From: Candidatus Woesebacteria bacterium GW2011_GWF1_31_35
Lineage (GTDB): Bacteria; Patescibacteriota; Microgenomatia; UBA8517
Direction of reading: 5' to 3'
Length of the DNA stretch: 64,000 nt
Assembly: GCA_001029755.1 (NCBI GenBank)
Contig: CP011214.1
Span: forward strand, 129,754 to 193,753
Positions 48,664 through 59,019 of the stretch are shown one piece after another. The position numbers were made by a program, and so were the translations under genes. The notes beneath the pieces were generated by a model. That model was not told the DNA's origin and searched no databases. It saw only the letters and a list, made by a program, of their open reading frames with translations. Every line of letters starts with the position of its first letter. Within the stretch, counting starts at the first letter, position 1.

Positions 48664-50753
48664 CTTTCTGCAGAAATCTCAACTGAAATATTTTTATAAA
48701 GGTGTGGTAAAGTTCCAAGTTTTCCAGGAAGAAGTGGTTTTATACGAAATTCAGCCCTTACAAATCCAGGAACATTCCCTAAATAGCTTTCTGCTAAGTT
48801 CGGATATTTACCAACAATTTTTTTGGCAATTTCATCTGGATTAATATTTGGCAATAAATTTACAGAAATTATTACCTCAAATTTTGTTTCATCCGAGGTA
48901 GAGGAAAAATCATACAAAATTTGATCTTCATGCAATACAAACCCTGAAGGAATTTTTCCCTCAAGTTGTCTTTTTGAAATATCTGTCAAATTCTTTTTAG
49001 AAACTGTATTACCCACAACATTTAGTTCCAAGGATAATTTTATTGTTGAAGCTTCATCTCCTACTTTATTACTAAAATCTTCATTCTTTACCTCAATCTT
49101 TAAAGAAGGTTCGATTAATAAATCTTCCTCGGAAATTTTTTCTTTTAGTTTAGTTTTTGCTTCATCTAATAGTTCGTTTGTCAAATCTTTTAAAAGAGTA
49201 CTTCTATCACTTTCCGAAACAGCAGAAATTTGTCTACTAGTTCCTCCAGTTAAATTATTTGTTGAAGTTGCATCAACCTCAGCTTTTGGATAATTGGCAA
49301 CCTTAAATATTTCGTCTTTAGCTAAATTATATTCAGATCCAATACTTCCCGCCTCAACATCAATAACTGTTGTCCCAGGTTCACTTGGAGATAAAGCTCC
49401 AGAAATTGATGCAGTTTTGGTTGTAACAAATCTAAGATCAGTAGCTGATGTAATTATTGTTCCCGATGGTAAATTTATAGCAAAGGCTGTGCCGTTTTGA
49501 ATTTTAACTGAACCTTTTGCTTTTTCACCAACTGTTTTTGTTCCAGTTGTAGATTTTGTTTTATCACCACTAACGGTTTCATCAACATTTTTAGATGAGA
49601 TGTCTGTTCCAAATTCTAAATTTATTCTTTCTTCTAATTTTTTAGGGGAAACAAAAACTGTGACAGACGCTTTTGGTAAAAACCACCAAAGAACAAATCC
49701 AATAACAAAAATGGTAACTAAAGTTATTCCACCAATGATAAATGGTCTTTTGTTTGTGGCAAAATTCACGGTTGGTTTTTTAAATTTAAATACTGGAAGT
49801 TTTGGTAATTTTAAATTAAATTTCTTTTTAATTTCACCACCTCCACTACCAACTACAAACCCTAAATCCTCAGGAGTTATTCCTTTTGGCTCACTCACAT
49901 TTTCTAACTCTTCAGGTTTATTAAAAGTAGATTTCTCTGTTTTTTCTACAACTTCATTATTTTTTAAATTGTCAATTTGTAAACCAATCTTAATACCTGT
50001 AACTTCTTCCATCTCAGATCCTCCTGCTAAACAAACTGCCAAAATTTTATTGTCTGGTTCAATTATTTCTAATTTTGGAGTATGTAAAAATCCTGATTCT
50101 CCAATTTTTCCCCATTCGAAAGATTCTAATGCTGATTTTATTTCTTCTAATTCTGGTTCCTTTTGATTATATAAAAGTATTCTAGGAGGAAAGCTTTCTT
50201 GATTTACAGCAAGCCTACTTAATCCCTCCAAAAGATCTTCCTCTACTGATACACTTCTAGCAACAATTGTGGTTCCAACTAATTTTCCTAAATTAAAAAC
50301 TGAGATATCCAAATTTTCATTACTTATTCCAACTGTTACACCCGAAAGAGGAGATTCTTCTTTTATTTTAACAAAGTGAGCAATAGCCTCGGGTAAAACC
50401 ACAAAACCAGATGGTTCAAGAGATAATTCCTGACAAATTTTTTTAAGACTAGTAAGATGCTCTTCTTTTATATTTCCGCCTTCAACCCAAAGTGAAGGAA
50501 CACCAAAAACAGTCTTTGAAGGTTCGCCTATATCCTCTGGTAAATTTTGAGTACAAGAAGAAAGTGAAGCATCAACTGCTTCAATTAAATTTTCTTCATT
50601 TTCCCACCTGGTACTTGGAGAAGTAGAAATAACTTCAACTTTTCCATCATCAATTTGCCAAACAGCTGAACTTATCCATTGTGCTTCCAATAGAAGAGCC
50701 CAGAAATATTCTTTTTTTTCTTTTGTTTTATTAATTAATGATTTAATGTCCAT
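48660..50753 (-). CDS. Single-pass membrane protein with N-terminal FtsA/actin-like region and C-terminal baseplate J-like region
   Basis: TVFGVP..WV, FVVLPEAIAH; acidic linker; TM; KAKGSVKIQN...LPSGT...GSEYN...LTGGT; ATG 50753. Confidence 0.6.
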   Translation of the reverse strand: MDIKSLINKTKEKKEYFWALLLEAQWISSAVWQIDDGKVEVISTSPSTRWENEENLIEAVDASLSSCTQNLPEDIGEPSKTVFGVPSLWVEGGNIKEEHLTSLKKICQELSLEPSGFVVLPEAIAHFVKIKEESPLSGVTVGISNENLDISVFNLGKLVGTTIVARSVSVEEDLLEGLSRLAVNQESFPPRILLYNQKEPELEEIKSALESFEWGKIGESGFLHTPKLEIIEPDNKILAVCLAGGSEMEEVTGIKIGLQIDNLKNNEVVEKTEKSTFNKPEELENVSEPKGITPEDLGFVVGSGGGEIKKKFNLKLPKLPVFKFKKPTVNFATNKRPFIIGGITLVTIFVIGFVLWWFLPKASVTVFVSPKKLEERINLEFGTDISSKNVDETVSGDKTKSTTGTKTVGEKAKGSVKIQNGTAFAINLPSGTIITSATDLRFVTTKTASISGALSPSEPGTTVIDVEAGSIGSEYNLAKDEIFKVANYPKAEVDATSTNNLTGGTSRQISAVSESDRSTLLKDLTNELLDEAKTKLKEKISEEDLLIEPSLKIEVKNEDFSNKVGDEASTIKLSLELNVVGNTVSKKNLTDISKRQLEGKIPSGFVLHEDQILYDFSSTSDETKFEVIISVNLLPNINPDEIAKKIVGKYPNLAESYLGNVPGFVRAEFRIKPLLPGKLGTLPHLYKNISVEISAER

Positions 50754-52446
50754 TTTGGGCAAGTTTAAGATAAATCCGGACCACGCCAGAACCAACTTTC
50801 TCTTGTTTAATTATTTTAGCACGCCCAAGTTCATTTGTGTTTCCAACATGGGGTCCACCACAAACTTCTCTACTAAAATCTCCTATACTGTAAACCTTAA
50901 CTTTTTCTCCATATTTTCCATCAAAAAAGTGAAGTGCACCTAAAGATTTAGCTTCATTTAAACTCATTTCAGAAAAAGAAATTGGAAGAGAAGAATTAAT
51001 TTGTTTATTCATTAATTCTTCAACTTTTTCTAATTCTTCATCTGTAAGTTTTTCAGGATATGAAAAATCAAACCTTAATCTTTCTGATGTAATATGACTT
51101 CCCTTCTGGGTTACACCGTTTCCTAGTATTTCTCTTAGAGAGGCATGTAATACATGTGTAGCTGTATGAAGTTTAGTTGTTTCTTCATTATGATCAGCTA
51201 AACCTCCTTTAAACATTCCAACACTTGTCGATCTTGACATTTCTTTATGTTTCTCAAATTCCTTTTTAAATTCTTTCATGTCAACTTTTTGACCTTTTTC
51301 TTCAAAAAGTTCAATTGTTAATTCAATTGGGAAACCATAAGTCTGGTATAAATCAAAAGCTAATTTTCCATTAATTTTTTCTATTTTTTCAACTTCTTTT
51401 AAACCTTTTTCTAGAGTACTTTTAAACTTTACCAATTCTTCCAAAATCACTTTATTTTTTGTAAGTAACTCAAAATTATTTAATTTTGTAGCAATTTTTC
51501 TTATTAGTCTTCTTAATATATACCCTTGTTGTTTATTTGAGGGAACCACCCCGTTTTTTGTTAAGGCTTCTGACGCTCTTAAATGATCAGCAATAATTCT
51601 GAAATTTTTAATATTTTTTTCATATGTACTATTTGTTATTTCTTCAAGTTTATTAATTGTTTTATTAAAAATATCTGTCTTAAAAACATCAGGATTATTG
51701 TTTAATGCAGCAGAAATTCGTTCCAATCCTCCTCCAAAATCAACATTTTTTTGTGGTAATTCTTCCAAACTTCCATCAGCTTTTTTTCTATATTGGATAA
51801 AAACGGAATTACCTATTTCTAAAAATCTTCCACAATCACAATTAGGATGACATTTTTCACCAAATTTTTTATCATGTTTAATAGAATCAAATTCAAAAAA
51901 TATTTCAGAATCTGGTCCTCCTATTTCGCCCTCTGGCATTTGGTTAGGAGTTCCACTCCTACTCCACCAATTTTTATCTACACCATAAGAAAAAATGTGA
52001 TCATCAGAAAGTCCCAAGCTTTTCCAGATATTAAAAGACTCAGTATCTTCTGGTACTTCGAGTGATCCTTCAAAGAAGGAAACATAAAGTTTTTCTTTAG
52101 GCAATTCCAATTCTTTAGTTAAAAATTCCCAAATCCAAGATAATTGTTCCTTTTTAAAATAATCTCCCAAACTCCAATTTCCCAGCATCTCAAAATATGT
52201 TAGGTGTCTATTATCTCCAACTTCATCAATATCCACAGTTCTTATAGAAGGTTGATAATCTACTAATCTTTTTCCCATTGGATGCTTTTCTCCCATCAGA
52301 TAAGGAACCAAAGGTTGCATCCCAGAAGATGTAAAAAGTGTTGTCGGATCATTTTCCAAAACAAGTGGAGCAGGAGGAATAATTACACTTCCCTTTTTTT
52401 CAAAAAAATTTAAATACTTTTCTCTTATTTGATTCGAAGTTATCAT
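50743..52446 (-). CDS. alaS: Alanine--tRNA ligase, compact form without C-Ala domain
   Basis: LFTSSGMQP, FEMLGNWS, DFGGGLER, HTATH, CGGPH. Confidence 0.97.
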   Translation of the reverse strand: MITSNQIREKYLNFFEKKGSVIIPPAPLVLENDPTTLFTSSGMQPLVPYLMGEKHPMGKRLVDYQPSIRTVDIDEVGDNRHLTYFEMLGNWSLGDYFKKEQLSWIWEFLTKELELPKEKLYVSFFEGSLEVPEDTESFNIWKSLGLSDDHIFSYGVDKNWWSRSGTPNQMPEGEIGGPDSEIFFEFDSIKHDKKFGEKCHPNCDCGRFLEIGNSVFIQYRKKADGSLEELPQKNVDFGGGLERISAALNNNPDVFKTDIFNKTINKLEEITNSTYEKNIKNFRIIADHLRASEALTKNGVVPSNKQQGYILRRLIRKIATKLNNFELLTKNKVILEELVKFKSTLEKGLKEVEKIEKINGKLAFDLYQTYGFPIELTIELFEEKGQKVDMKEFKKEFEKHKEMSRSTSVGMFKGGLADHNEETTKLHTATHVLHASLREILGNGVTQKGSHITSERLRFDFSYPEKLTDEELEKVEELMNKQINSSLPISFSEMSLNEAKSLGALHFFDGKYGEKVKVYSIGDFSREVCGGPHVGNTNELGRAKIIKQEKVGSGVVRIYLKLAQNGH

Positions 52447-52469
52447 GCCTCAAATTATATCAGATTAGA

Positions 52470-52706
52470 TTATTCTTGTCCGTGTGTTTGAAGAGATTTA
52501 TTTTTCTTTAAGATTTCCATTATCCCAGTTAATTTGTCAGGACGAATCAAGCCACCTCCTAATATTGCATCTTCCAAAATAGAATTTAATCTTTTTATTG
52601 CTTTTCTTAAATCTAAAATGATAAAAACAACCTGTGCCCCAACAACCACCAATAAAACCGTTAAAGTTATCACGACTATGACTAAAAGTCTTTGTACAGA
52701 ATCCAT
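52470..52706 (-). CDS. Small membrane hypothetical protein
   Basis: 78 aa, long N-terminal TM then helix. Confidence 0.65.
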   Translation of the reverse strand: MDSVQRLLVIVVITLTVLLVVVGAQVVFIILDLRKAIKRLNSILEDAILGGGLIRPDKLTGIMEILKKNKSLQTHGQE

Positions 52707-52718
52707 AATTATTATTTT

Positions 52719-53342
52719 TTAAAAATCTACCTTTATATTACGACTTATCTGGGTTACTTTTCCAGACCTAGATGTTGCAATAAATTTTAAATCTTTCGTT
52801 TCTTTCATAATTTCTATTTCTCCAACAAAATTACCATCTTGATCAACAATAATTGGTTGATTATTTACTGTAATTTTAACATCAGTTGCGGTTTTTCCCT
52901 TAACTTGTACCTTGCTGGACAATACAATTTGATTTTCGATAGGAGTTGTAATTTCTAAAGTTGGTGAACTTTTAAATTTTGAATATTCAAATCCTAAATA
53001 TCCTAAAACCATCAAAATTAATACTCCAATTCCAACTAAAAAAGTTAACTTTGGAGACCAAGTAAACTTGGATCCAATATCTGGCTTTGGATTTATGTAA
53101 AGTTTTTTAGGAGGATAGTCACGTCTTAAAACTGCGTTTGCGTTTTGTAAATTAACATCTAATGTCACTGCTAAATTTTTTACAAAACCTGAAACTATTG
53201 GGAAATCAGGTAATTTATCCCAATCATTTTTTTCAATTAATACAATAAATTCACGTTTAATTTTTGTTAAATTTTCAAGTTTTAAAAGAGAAAATTTTTT
53301 CTTTAATCTAGCCTCCTTTAAAATCTGACCGACTGTTTTCAT
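52719..53342 (-). CDS. RodZ-like HTH-TM-Ig-like protein
   Basis: MKTVGQILKEAR HTH, LP...GFVKN, TM, beta-rich C-terminus; follows ftsK. Confidence 0.8.
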   Translation of the reverse strand: MKTVGQILKEARLKKKFSLLKLENLTKIKREFIVLIEKNDWDKLPDFPIVSGFVKNLAVTLDVNLQNANAVLRRDYPPKKLYINPKPDIGSKFTWSPKLTFLVGIGVLILMVLGYLGFEYSKFKSSPTLEITTPIENQIVLSSKVQVKGKTATDVKITVNNQPIIVDQDGNFVGEIEIMKETKDLKFIATSRSGKVTQISRNIKVDF

Positions 53343-53344
53343 TT

Positions 53345-55438
53345 TTATTTTGTAAGTGAAGAAAGAAATTCTGCAGCGTCTTTAATTAACACCTTTCTTG
53401 GTTTTGAACTACCATCAGATATTTCAATAACACCTGCACTTTCAAGTTGATCAATAACCCTTGCAGCCCTGGCATAACCAATTGACAATCTTCTTTGTAA
53501 TAAAGATGCAGAAGCTCTTTCATATTGGCAAACAACTTTAATAGCTTCAGCAAAAAGTTCATCTGTATCTCCAACAACACCTGGAATAGCGGGATGGCCT
53601 GATTTGGTCATTGTTGTAACTTCCTCGGTATATTGGACAGGAACGCCCTGGTTCTTAATAAATCCTACAAGTTTTTTGATTTCATCATCAGTTACAAATG
53701 CACCCTGAATTCTTGCAGGTTTAGCTTGATCAGGAGGAAGGAAAAGCATGTCCCCCTTACCTAATAACTTTTCAGCTCCTTGGGTATCGAGTATTACTCT
53801 TGAATCAACTTGTGAAGAAACAGCAAATGCAATTCTACATGGAATATTTGCTTTGATTAAACCAGTAATAACATCAACCGAAGGCCTTTGTGTTGCTAAG
53901 ACCATATGAATTCCTGTGGCACGGCTCATTTGAGCAATTCTTGTAATTGCATCTTCAACTTCAACAGGAGAAAGAAGCATGACATCAGCAAGTTCATCAA
54001 TTAATAAAACAATGTATGGAAGAGCTTGAAAACCACTCATTTCATTATAAGAATCAATATTTCTAGCTCCTGCTTGAGCAAAAAGTGTATATCTTCTATC
54101 CATTTCGCGCATTAGCCATCTTAGGGCCGAGATAACTTTACCTGGATCAACAATTACAGGAGAAAGAAGATGTGGAATATCGTTATATCCAGTAAGTTCA
54201 ACTCTTTTTGGATCAACCATTATAAATTTAACTTCAGAAGGGGAAGCTCTAAAAAGAATTGATGCTAAAAAGGTATTAATACAAACAGATTTTCCAGACC
54301 CAGTTTGACCTGCAATTAAAACATGGGGCATTTTGTTAATATCAGCAATAACTGGTTTCCCTGAAACGTCAAGACCTAAGGTTACTGCAAGCTTAGATTT
54401 TTTAGATTGCATCACCTCAGATTCTAAAATTCCCTTAATAGGTACAAATTCAGGAGCTTTATTGGGAAGTTCAATCCCAACTAAGTTTCTTCCTGGAATT
54501 GGAGCTTCAATTCTAATAGTTCCAGTAGGAGCTGATAGGGCAAGAGCTAAATCTCTTTCTAATGCCGTAATTTTAGATAGTTTTGTTCCAAGTGCTACTT
54601 GAATTGCATACTGGGTGACAGCCGGGCCTAAATTAACTTCAACAATGTGGGCTGAAATTCCAAATGATTCAAGAGTTTTTTCAATAATATCAGCGTTTCC
54701 ATTAATATCCCCTCTGTCAACTTTTCCAATTTGTTCACCAGAAAAAATATCAATTGGTGGATATTTCCAAATAGCATCCTCACCACGAATATTACTAACA
54801 AGTTTTTCTTCTAATTCTTCTTTTGGTTTTTCAGAAAGGTTCGATTTACCAACATTTGCATTTGGTGAATTTGACGTAACTCCTGAAATTTTAAAATCTT
54901 TCCTGCCTGAAATTCTTCCACCACCTGCTGATTTTTGTCCAAAAATAAAAACTGAGATTTGCCCCCAAACAACCTTTACTATCTTAAATACTTGATCAAA
55001 AGAAGTATTAAAAAGAATTATTAATCCAGTTATAAAAATACCAAAAAGAACTATAAAAGCTCCAGCTGGAGTAACCAAGGTTGAAATACTATCCCAAAAA
55101 GTTAAACCTAATATACCCGATCTTCCAATTGATGCAATTGATAAAAAAATTAAAATTGATCCAATTATTACGTTTGGTTGAGAAAGAGGTACTTTAATTT
55201 TACTCATTAAAAAAGCAAAAGATAAAAAGATGAAGGGAAGAAATATGGTAGCCCAGCCAAAGACCATCATCATTATATCGTTGAATTTATATAAAATAAG
55301 GCCACGACGAGAAAAAGAAATAATAATTAAAAAAGCTACCGCAAAGAAGAAAACTTGGGCAATAGAAGACATTGTTTGAGGTTTAAGTTTTAACTTAAAA
55401 GACCTTCTATCAAATCTTTTTTTTCTTTTACTTCCCAT
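53345..55438 (-). CDS. ftsK: DNA translocase FtsK/SpoIIIE
   Basis: N-terminal TMs, GQTGSGKS, IDELAD, ATQRPS, gamma domain LQRRLSIGYARA. Confidence 0.98.
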   Translation of the reverse strand: MGSKRKKRFDRRSFKLKLKPQTMSSIAQVFFFAVAFLIIISFSRRGLILYKFNDIMMMVFGWATIFLPFIFLSFAFLMSKIKVPLSQPNVIIGSILIFLSIASIGRSGILGLTFWDSISTLVTPAGAFIVLFGIFITGLIILFNTSFDQVFKIVKVVWGQISVFIFGQKSAGGGRISGRKDFKISGVTSNSPNANVGKSNLSEKPKEELEEKLVSNIRGEDAIWKYPPIDIFSGEQIGKVDRGDINGNADIIEKTLESFGISAHIVEVNLGPAVTQYAIQVALGTKLSKITALERDLALALSAPTGTIRIEAPIPGRNLVGIELPNKAPEFVPIKGILESEVMQSKKSKLAVTLGLDVSGKPVIADINKMPHVLIAGQTGSGKSVCINTFLASILFRASPSEVKFIMVDPKRVELTGYNDIPHLLSPVIVDPGKVISALRWLMREMDRRYTLFAQAGARNIDSYNEMSGFQALPYIVLLIDELADVMLLSPVEVEDAITRIAQMSRATGIHMVLATQRPSVDVITGLIKANIPCRIAFAVSSQVDSRVILDTQGAEKLLGKGDMLFLPPDQAKPARIQGAFVTDDEIKKLVGFIKNQGVPVQYTEEVTTMTKSGHPAIPGVVGDTDELFAEAIKVVCQYERASASLLQRRLSIGYARAARVIDQLESAGVIEISDGSSKPRKVLIKDAAEFLSSLTK

Positions 55439-55544
55439 AGGCAAGATTCATTATATACAATGAAATACGTTGTGACCAGTTATACTTCATAATATCGATA
55501 AATTTTAAAGGTAGATTAATCTTATTTTTGGTATACTCTAACTT

Positions 55545-56282
55545 ATGGAAAATAATAATTTTGATCAATCAAGAGAACAGAAAATAATAAAAACTCCTGA
55601 AAAATGGGGTTTTAAAGATGAATTCAAAGAATATTTATTATTACTGGCATCAAAAGGACCAATTGCATTGGAAGCTTCAAAAAAATATCCAGAAAGTATT
55701 GAGTTAAGTCAAAATTTTCATGAAACTCTAAATAAAATGAGGGTAGACACTAAAGATGGCTTTGAAAGATGGGCATTTATGGGAATAAAAGAAGACAAAA
55801 GATCAATATTATTACCAACAATACCTATCAAAGGAGCAAAAGATCATGTACCCTCAAAAACAATGGTTAAAATGATAAATTGGGCAAAAACAAAATTTGG
55901 AATAATCAATATATTTGGAGATATTCATTCACACCCATCTGGTAGACTACATTTAATTGATCATAAAATACCTTTCAGAAACAAACATAAGTTAATAGAG
56001 GGTTTTTCATTTGGAGATCTCTATGGTTTGATAGCTCAACGTGACAGGTATTTAATGATGGTAGTTTCTGGTGATTTCAATATACTTGCATGTAAGGCTA
56101 AAGAGAGTCAAGAATTAAAAGTAGGATCAATCTTTACTCAAAATGAATTCGAAATACTTTGGAAGAAAAAAATGGGCTTTTCAGACTATTTAGAAATTAA
56201 TTTAGCGATAGCAGAAAAACATAAATTGGTTATATATCAGGGCAGAAAAAATAAACGGTTGACAAAAATATTTCCAAAATAA
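55545..56282 (+). CDS. Hypothetical protein with JAB/MPN-like metal motif
   Basis: FERWAF (Glu), GDIHSHP, FSFGD; TGGTATACT 7 nt before ATG. Confidence 0.6.
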   Translation: MENNNFDQSREQKIIKTPEKWGFKDEFKEYLLLLASKGPIALEASKKYPESIELSQNFHETLNKMRVDTKDGFERWAFMGIKEDKRSILLPTIPIKGAKDHVPSKTMVKMINWAKTKFGIINIFGDIHSHPSGRLHLIDHKIPFRNKHKLIEGFSFGDLYGLIAQRDRYLMMVVSGDFNILACKAKESQELKVGSIFTQNEFEILWKKKMGFSDYLEINLAIAEKHKLVIYQGRKNKRLTKIFPK

Positions 56283-56288
56283 TTAAAT

Positions 56289-57938
56289 TTATACCTCTAC
56301 CACCACAGGAAGAATCATTGGGCTTCTACCAGTTGCTTTGAAGAAATAATTTTCTAAAAATCTAGTAGATTCCTCTTTTAATATTTTTGTATTTAAATTT
56401 TTTCTATTTCCCACTATTGCCATTAACCTTTGAGTTGCGTCGTTTATAAGTCCTCCACTAATTCCTTCAAATACAAATCCTCGACTTACTATCTCAGGTT
56501 TTCCTAAAACTTTTCCTTGTTTTGTTGCCTTAAATACAACCACAACCATACCTTGTTTTCCAAGTAAGGTTCTGTCTCCTAGTACAACTTTGCCGATATC
56601 CCCAATTCCAAGGCCGTGAACCATGACTTCTTTTACTGGTATCTTTTCTCCTCTTCTTGCGTTCCCATTCTCAAAAACCACGCCTTCACCTGGTTTTAGT
56701 TTAAACACGTTTTGTTTACTTCTACCTGTTTCAACAACTAGTTTTTCATAAGCATGCATATATCTTATTGTTCCGCCCGTTGGAATAAAATATTTTGGAT
56801 TTGCAATATCAAAAAGCATTTTAATGTCTTCTTGTCCACCATGACCTGATACGTGAAGTCCTTCTTTTAATTCGTAATAATGAACATCAACTCCTTTATC
56901 AATTAACTCGTCTATCACAAAATCCTGACTTTCTTTACTATATGGTGGGGCAGGATCTGCTGAAAAAATAAATGTATCGTTAGTTGAAACACTTAACCTA
57001 TCATCATCACCAGTTGCTAACCTATAGACAGAACTTCCAATTTGCCCATAACAACCTGCAATTATATAAAGCAAATCTTTAGGTTGAAGTTTTTTAGATT
57101 GTTTAATATCAACAACTTGATTATCTAAATATTTTAAATAACCTAGTTTATGAGCTGATTCTGTTTTATTTTGGATTGATCTTCCCACAAAAACAACTTT
57201 TCTTCGCAGTTTAGAAGCAACATTAATCATCTGTTGAAATCTTCCAATACTTGAGGACATGGCAGAGATATAAACTGCACCTTTTGCTGTTTGGGCAATT
57301 TTATACATAATATCTTCAATTTCTGTTCCACTAGGAGTAAATCCTGGACCATTTGACCCCAAACAATCAGAAATTAAACACAAGACTCCGCTTCCTGCTA
57401 ATGTTTTGGCCTTTTGAATATCAAAAGACATCCCATCTACTGATTTTTGATCAATTTTATGTTCTGGGACATGCATTATTTTGCCTTCAGGAGTCTCTAT
57501 CAAAAAACCCACTGTATCGGGAACTGAGTGAGAAACTCTAAACGGGGTTATTTTAAATGATCCAATTTCAAAAACAGCTGTGTCGGGATTAAAGGTGTTT
57601 ATTTTAATGTCACCTAAATTTAAATCATTGTCTTTAAATTTTTCTTCAATAAATTCAGTAACTAAAGGGGCACACCAAATTGGTGCATTAACTTCACGAA
57701 GTAAAAATGGAAGTGCTCCAATATGATCTTCATGACCCTGAGAAAGAACGATTCCCTTTAGTTTATGTTTGTTTTTAACAATATATGAAAAATCAGGTAT
57801 AACAAGGTCCACCCCAGGCATTTCTAAATCAGGAAATCCTACCCCACAATCAACAATGATCATTTCGTCCTTGTACTCATGGACATATAAGTTTTCTGTG
57901 ACTCCTGTAGTACCTGAGAGGGCTATAAATTTAAGCAT
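56289..57938 (-). CDS. rnj: Ribonuclease J
   Basis: GVDLVIPD, QGHEDHIG, HSVPD, HVSGH, RSPMILPV. Confidence 0.95.
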   Translation of the reverse strand: MLKFIALSGTTGVTENLYVHEYKDEMIIVDCGVGFPDLEMPGVDLVIPDFSYIVKNKHKLKGIVLSQGHEDHIGALPFLLREVNAPIWCAPLVTEFIEEKFKDNDLNLGDIKINTFNPDTAVFEIGSFKITPFRVSHSVPDTVGFLIETPEGKIMHVPEHKIDQKSVDGMSFDIQKAKTLAGSGVLCLISDCLGSNGPGFTPSGTEIEDIMYKIAQTAKGAVYISAMSSSIGRFQQMINVASKLRRKVVFVGRSIQNKTESAHKLGYLKYLDNQVVDIKQSKKLQPKDLLYIIAGCYGQIGSSVYRLATGDDDRLSVSTNDTFIFSADPAPPYSKESQDFVIDELIDKGVDVHYYELKEGLHVSGHGGQEDIKMLFDIANPKYFIPTGGTIRYMHAYEKLVVETGRSKQNVFKLKPGEGVVFENGNARRGEKIPVKEVMVHGLGIGDIGKVVLGDRTLLGKQGMVVVVFKATKQGKVLGKPEIVSRGFVFEGISGGLINDATQRLMAIVGNRKNLNTKILKEESTRFLENYFFKATGRSPMILPVVVEV

Positions 57939-57943
57939 ATTTT

Positions 57944-58561
57944 TTATAATAATTTAATTTGTTCAACCTCCACTTTATCATTTTCTACTCTTAAAGTCTC
58001 AGTCAAAATACTTTTTAAATTCAAAAAGTCTTGCTTTTCAGCTTCTAATATATTCCCATTTCGTAAGGATGCAGCAGGATGATACATAGGAATAACAACT
58101 ATCTTTTTGTCTTTAAATAAAATTTCAAATTTTTTTCCATGAACATTACTAATAAACACATTTGATAAAAACTTAGCCATTGAAAAACGCCCAAGAGTAA
58201 TTATTATTTTTGGATCAATAATTTCAATAATTTTATCTAAGTATTTCCCATAAGAAATAATTTCTTCAGGAAGAGGATCTCTATTTTCAGGTGGTCTATG
58301 GTGAACAATATTTGTAATAAATATATCTTTTCTCTCAATTTCTGCTAGAAAAAACAATTTATCAAGAAGTTTTCCAGCCTGTCCAACAAACGGTAAACCT
58401 TGAATGTCTTCCGTCCTTCCGGGACCTTCTCCGACAGCTAATATATTAGCCTTAGTATTACCAGATCCAAAAACCAATTTATTTGCACCCTTTTTAAGAG
58501 GAAGTGATTCATCTTTTTCCATCTCATCTTTAAGATTATGAAGTTTTTCTTTTTTAGTCAT
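57944..58561 (-). CDS. Uracil-DNA glycosylase family 4, cysteine-free
   Basis: GEGPG..ED..G.PFVG.AG, RPPENR, YHPAA. Confidence 0.92.
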   Translation of the reverse strand: MTKKEKLHNLKDEMEKDESLPLKKGANKLVFGSGNTKANILAVGEGPGRTEDIQGLPFVGQAGKLLDKLFFLAEIERKDIFITNIVHHRPPENRDPLPEEIISYGKYLDKIIEIIDPKIIITLGRFSMAKFLSNVFISNVHGKKFEILFKDKKIVVIPMYHPAASLRNGNILEAEKQDFLNLKSILTETLRVENDKVEVEQIKLL

Positions 58562-58575
58562 TCTTTAATTATTCA

Positions 58576-59019
58576 TTAATTATTTATAAACTCTATTTTA
58601 TCTGTAACAGTATCATAAACTGCAAAAGAAATATTATTTTCTAAAGCTCCCGGTCTTACAATTTTAACTCCATCTATTTCCCACATTTTTTGTGAATGTA
58701 AATGTCCTGTAAAACAAACATCTTTTCCAATATATTTTTTATCATTTTTTAAAAATTTATGAACAATATAAATTTTTTTGCCATCTAATTCAATCTCTAA
58801 ATATTCTTTAAATTTTTCCTTCATTAAAGGGTCAATATCTGCATTACCTAGACATGAATATAATGGAATTTTATATTCCAATACCGTTTTCACACTTTCT
58901 AAATTATCCCAATCTCCAGTGTGAATTATCGCTCCTACATTAATAGATTTTGCAAAACACATTACATGTTTTAAATTTGAAATGTTTCCATGTGAGTCAC
59001 CAATAACAAAAATTTTCAT
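58576..59019 (-). CDS. YfcE-like metallophosphoesterase
   Basis: GDSHG, HTGD, GNAD, GHLH. Confidence 0.9.
   Translation of the reverse strand: MKIFVIGDSHGNISNLKHVMCFAKSINVGAIIHTGDWDNLESVKTVLEYKIPLYSCLGNADIDPLMKEKFKEYLEIELDGKKIYIVHKFLKNDKKYIGKDVCFTGHLHSQKMWEIDGVKIVRPGALENNISFAVYDTVTDKIEFINN

Noticed and set aside
49600-50166. 188-aa plus-strand ORF
   Set aside because: Antisense shadow of the baseplate J-like gene with no recognisable motif
48660-50753. Prophage or contractile injection system suggested by the baseplate J-like domain
   Set aside because: No sheath, tube, spike, capsid or integrase genes nearby; embedded among housekeeping genes
55447-55464. TTCATT-N6-AATGAA inverted repeat at the ftsK -10 region
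   Set aside because: Only 6 bp and AT-rich; expected by chance and not matching the recA repeat
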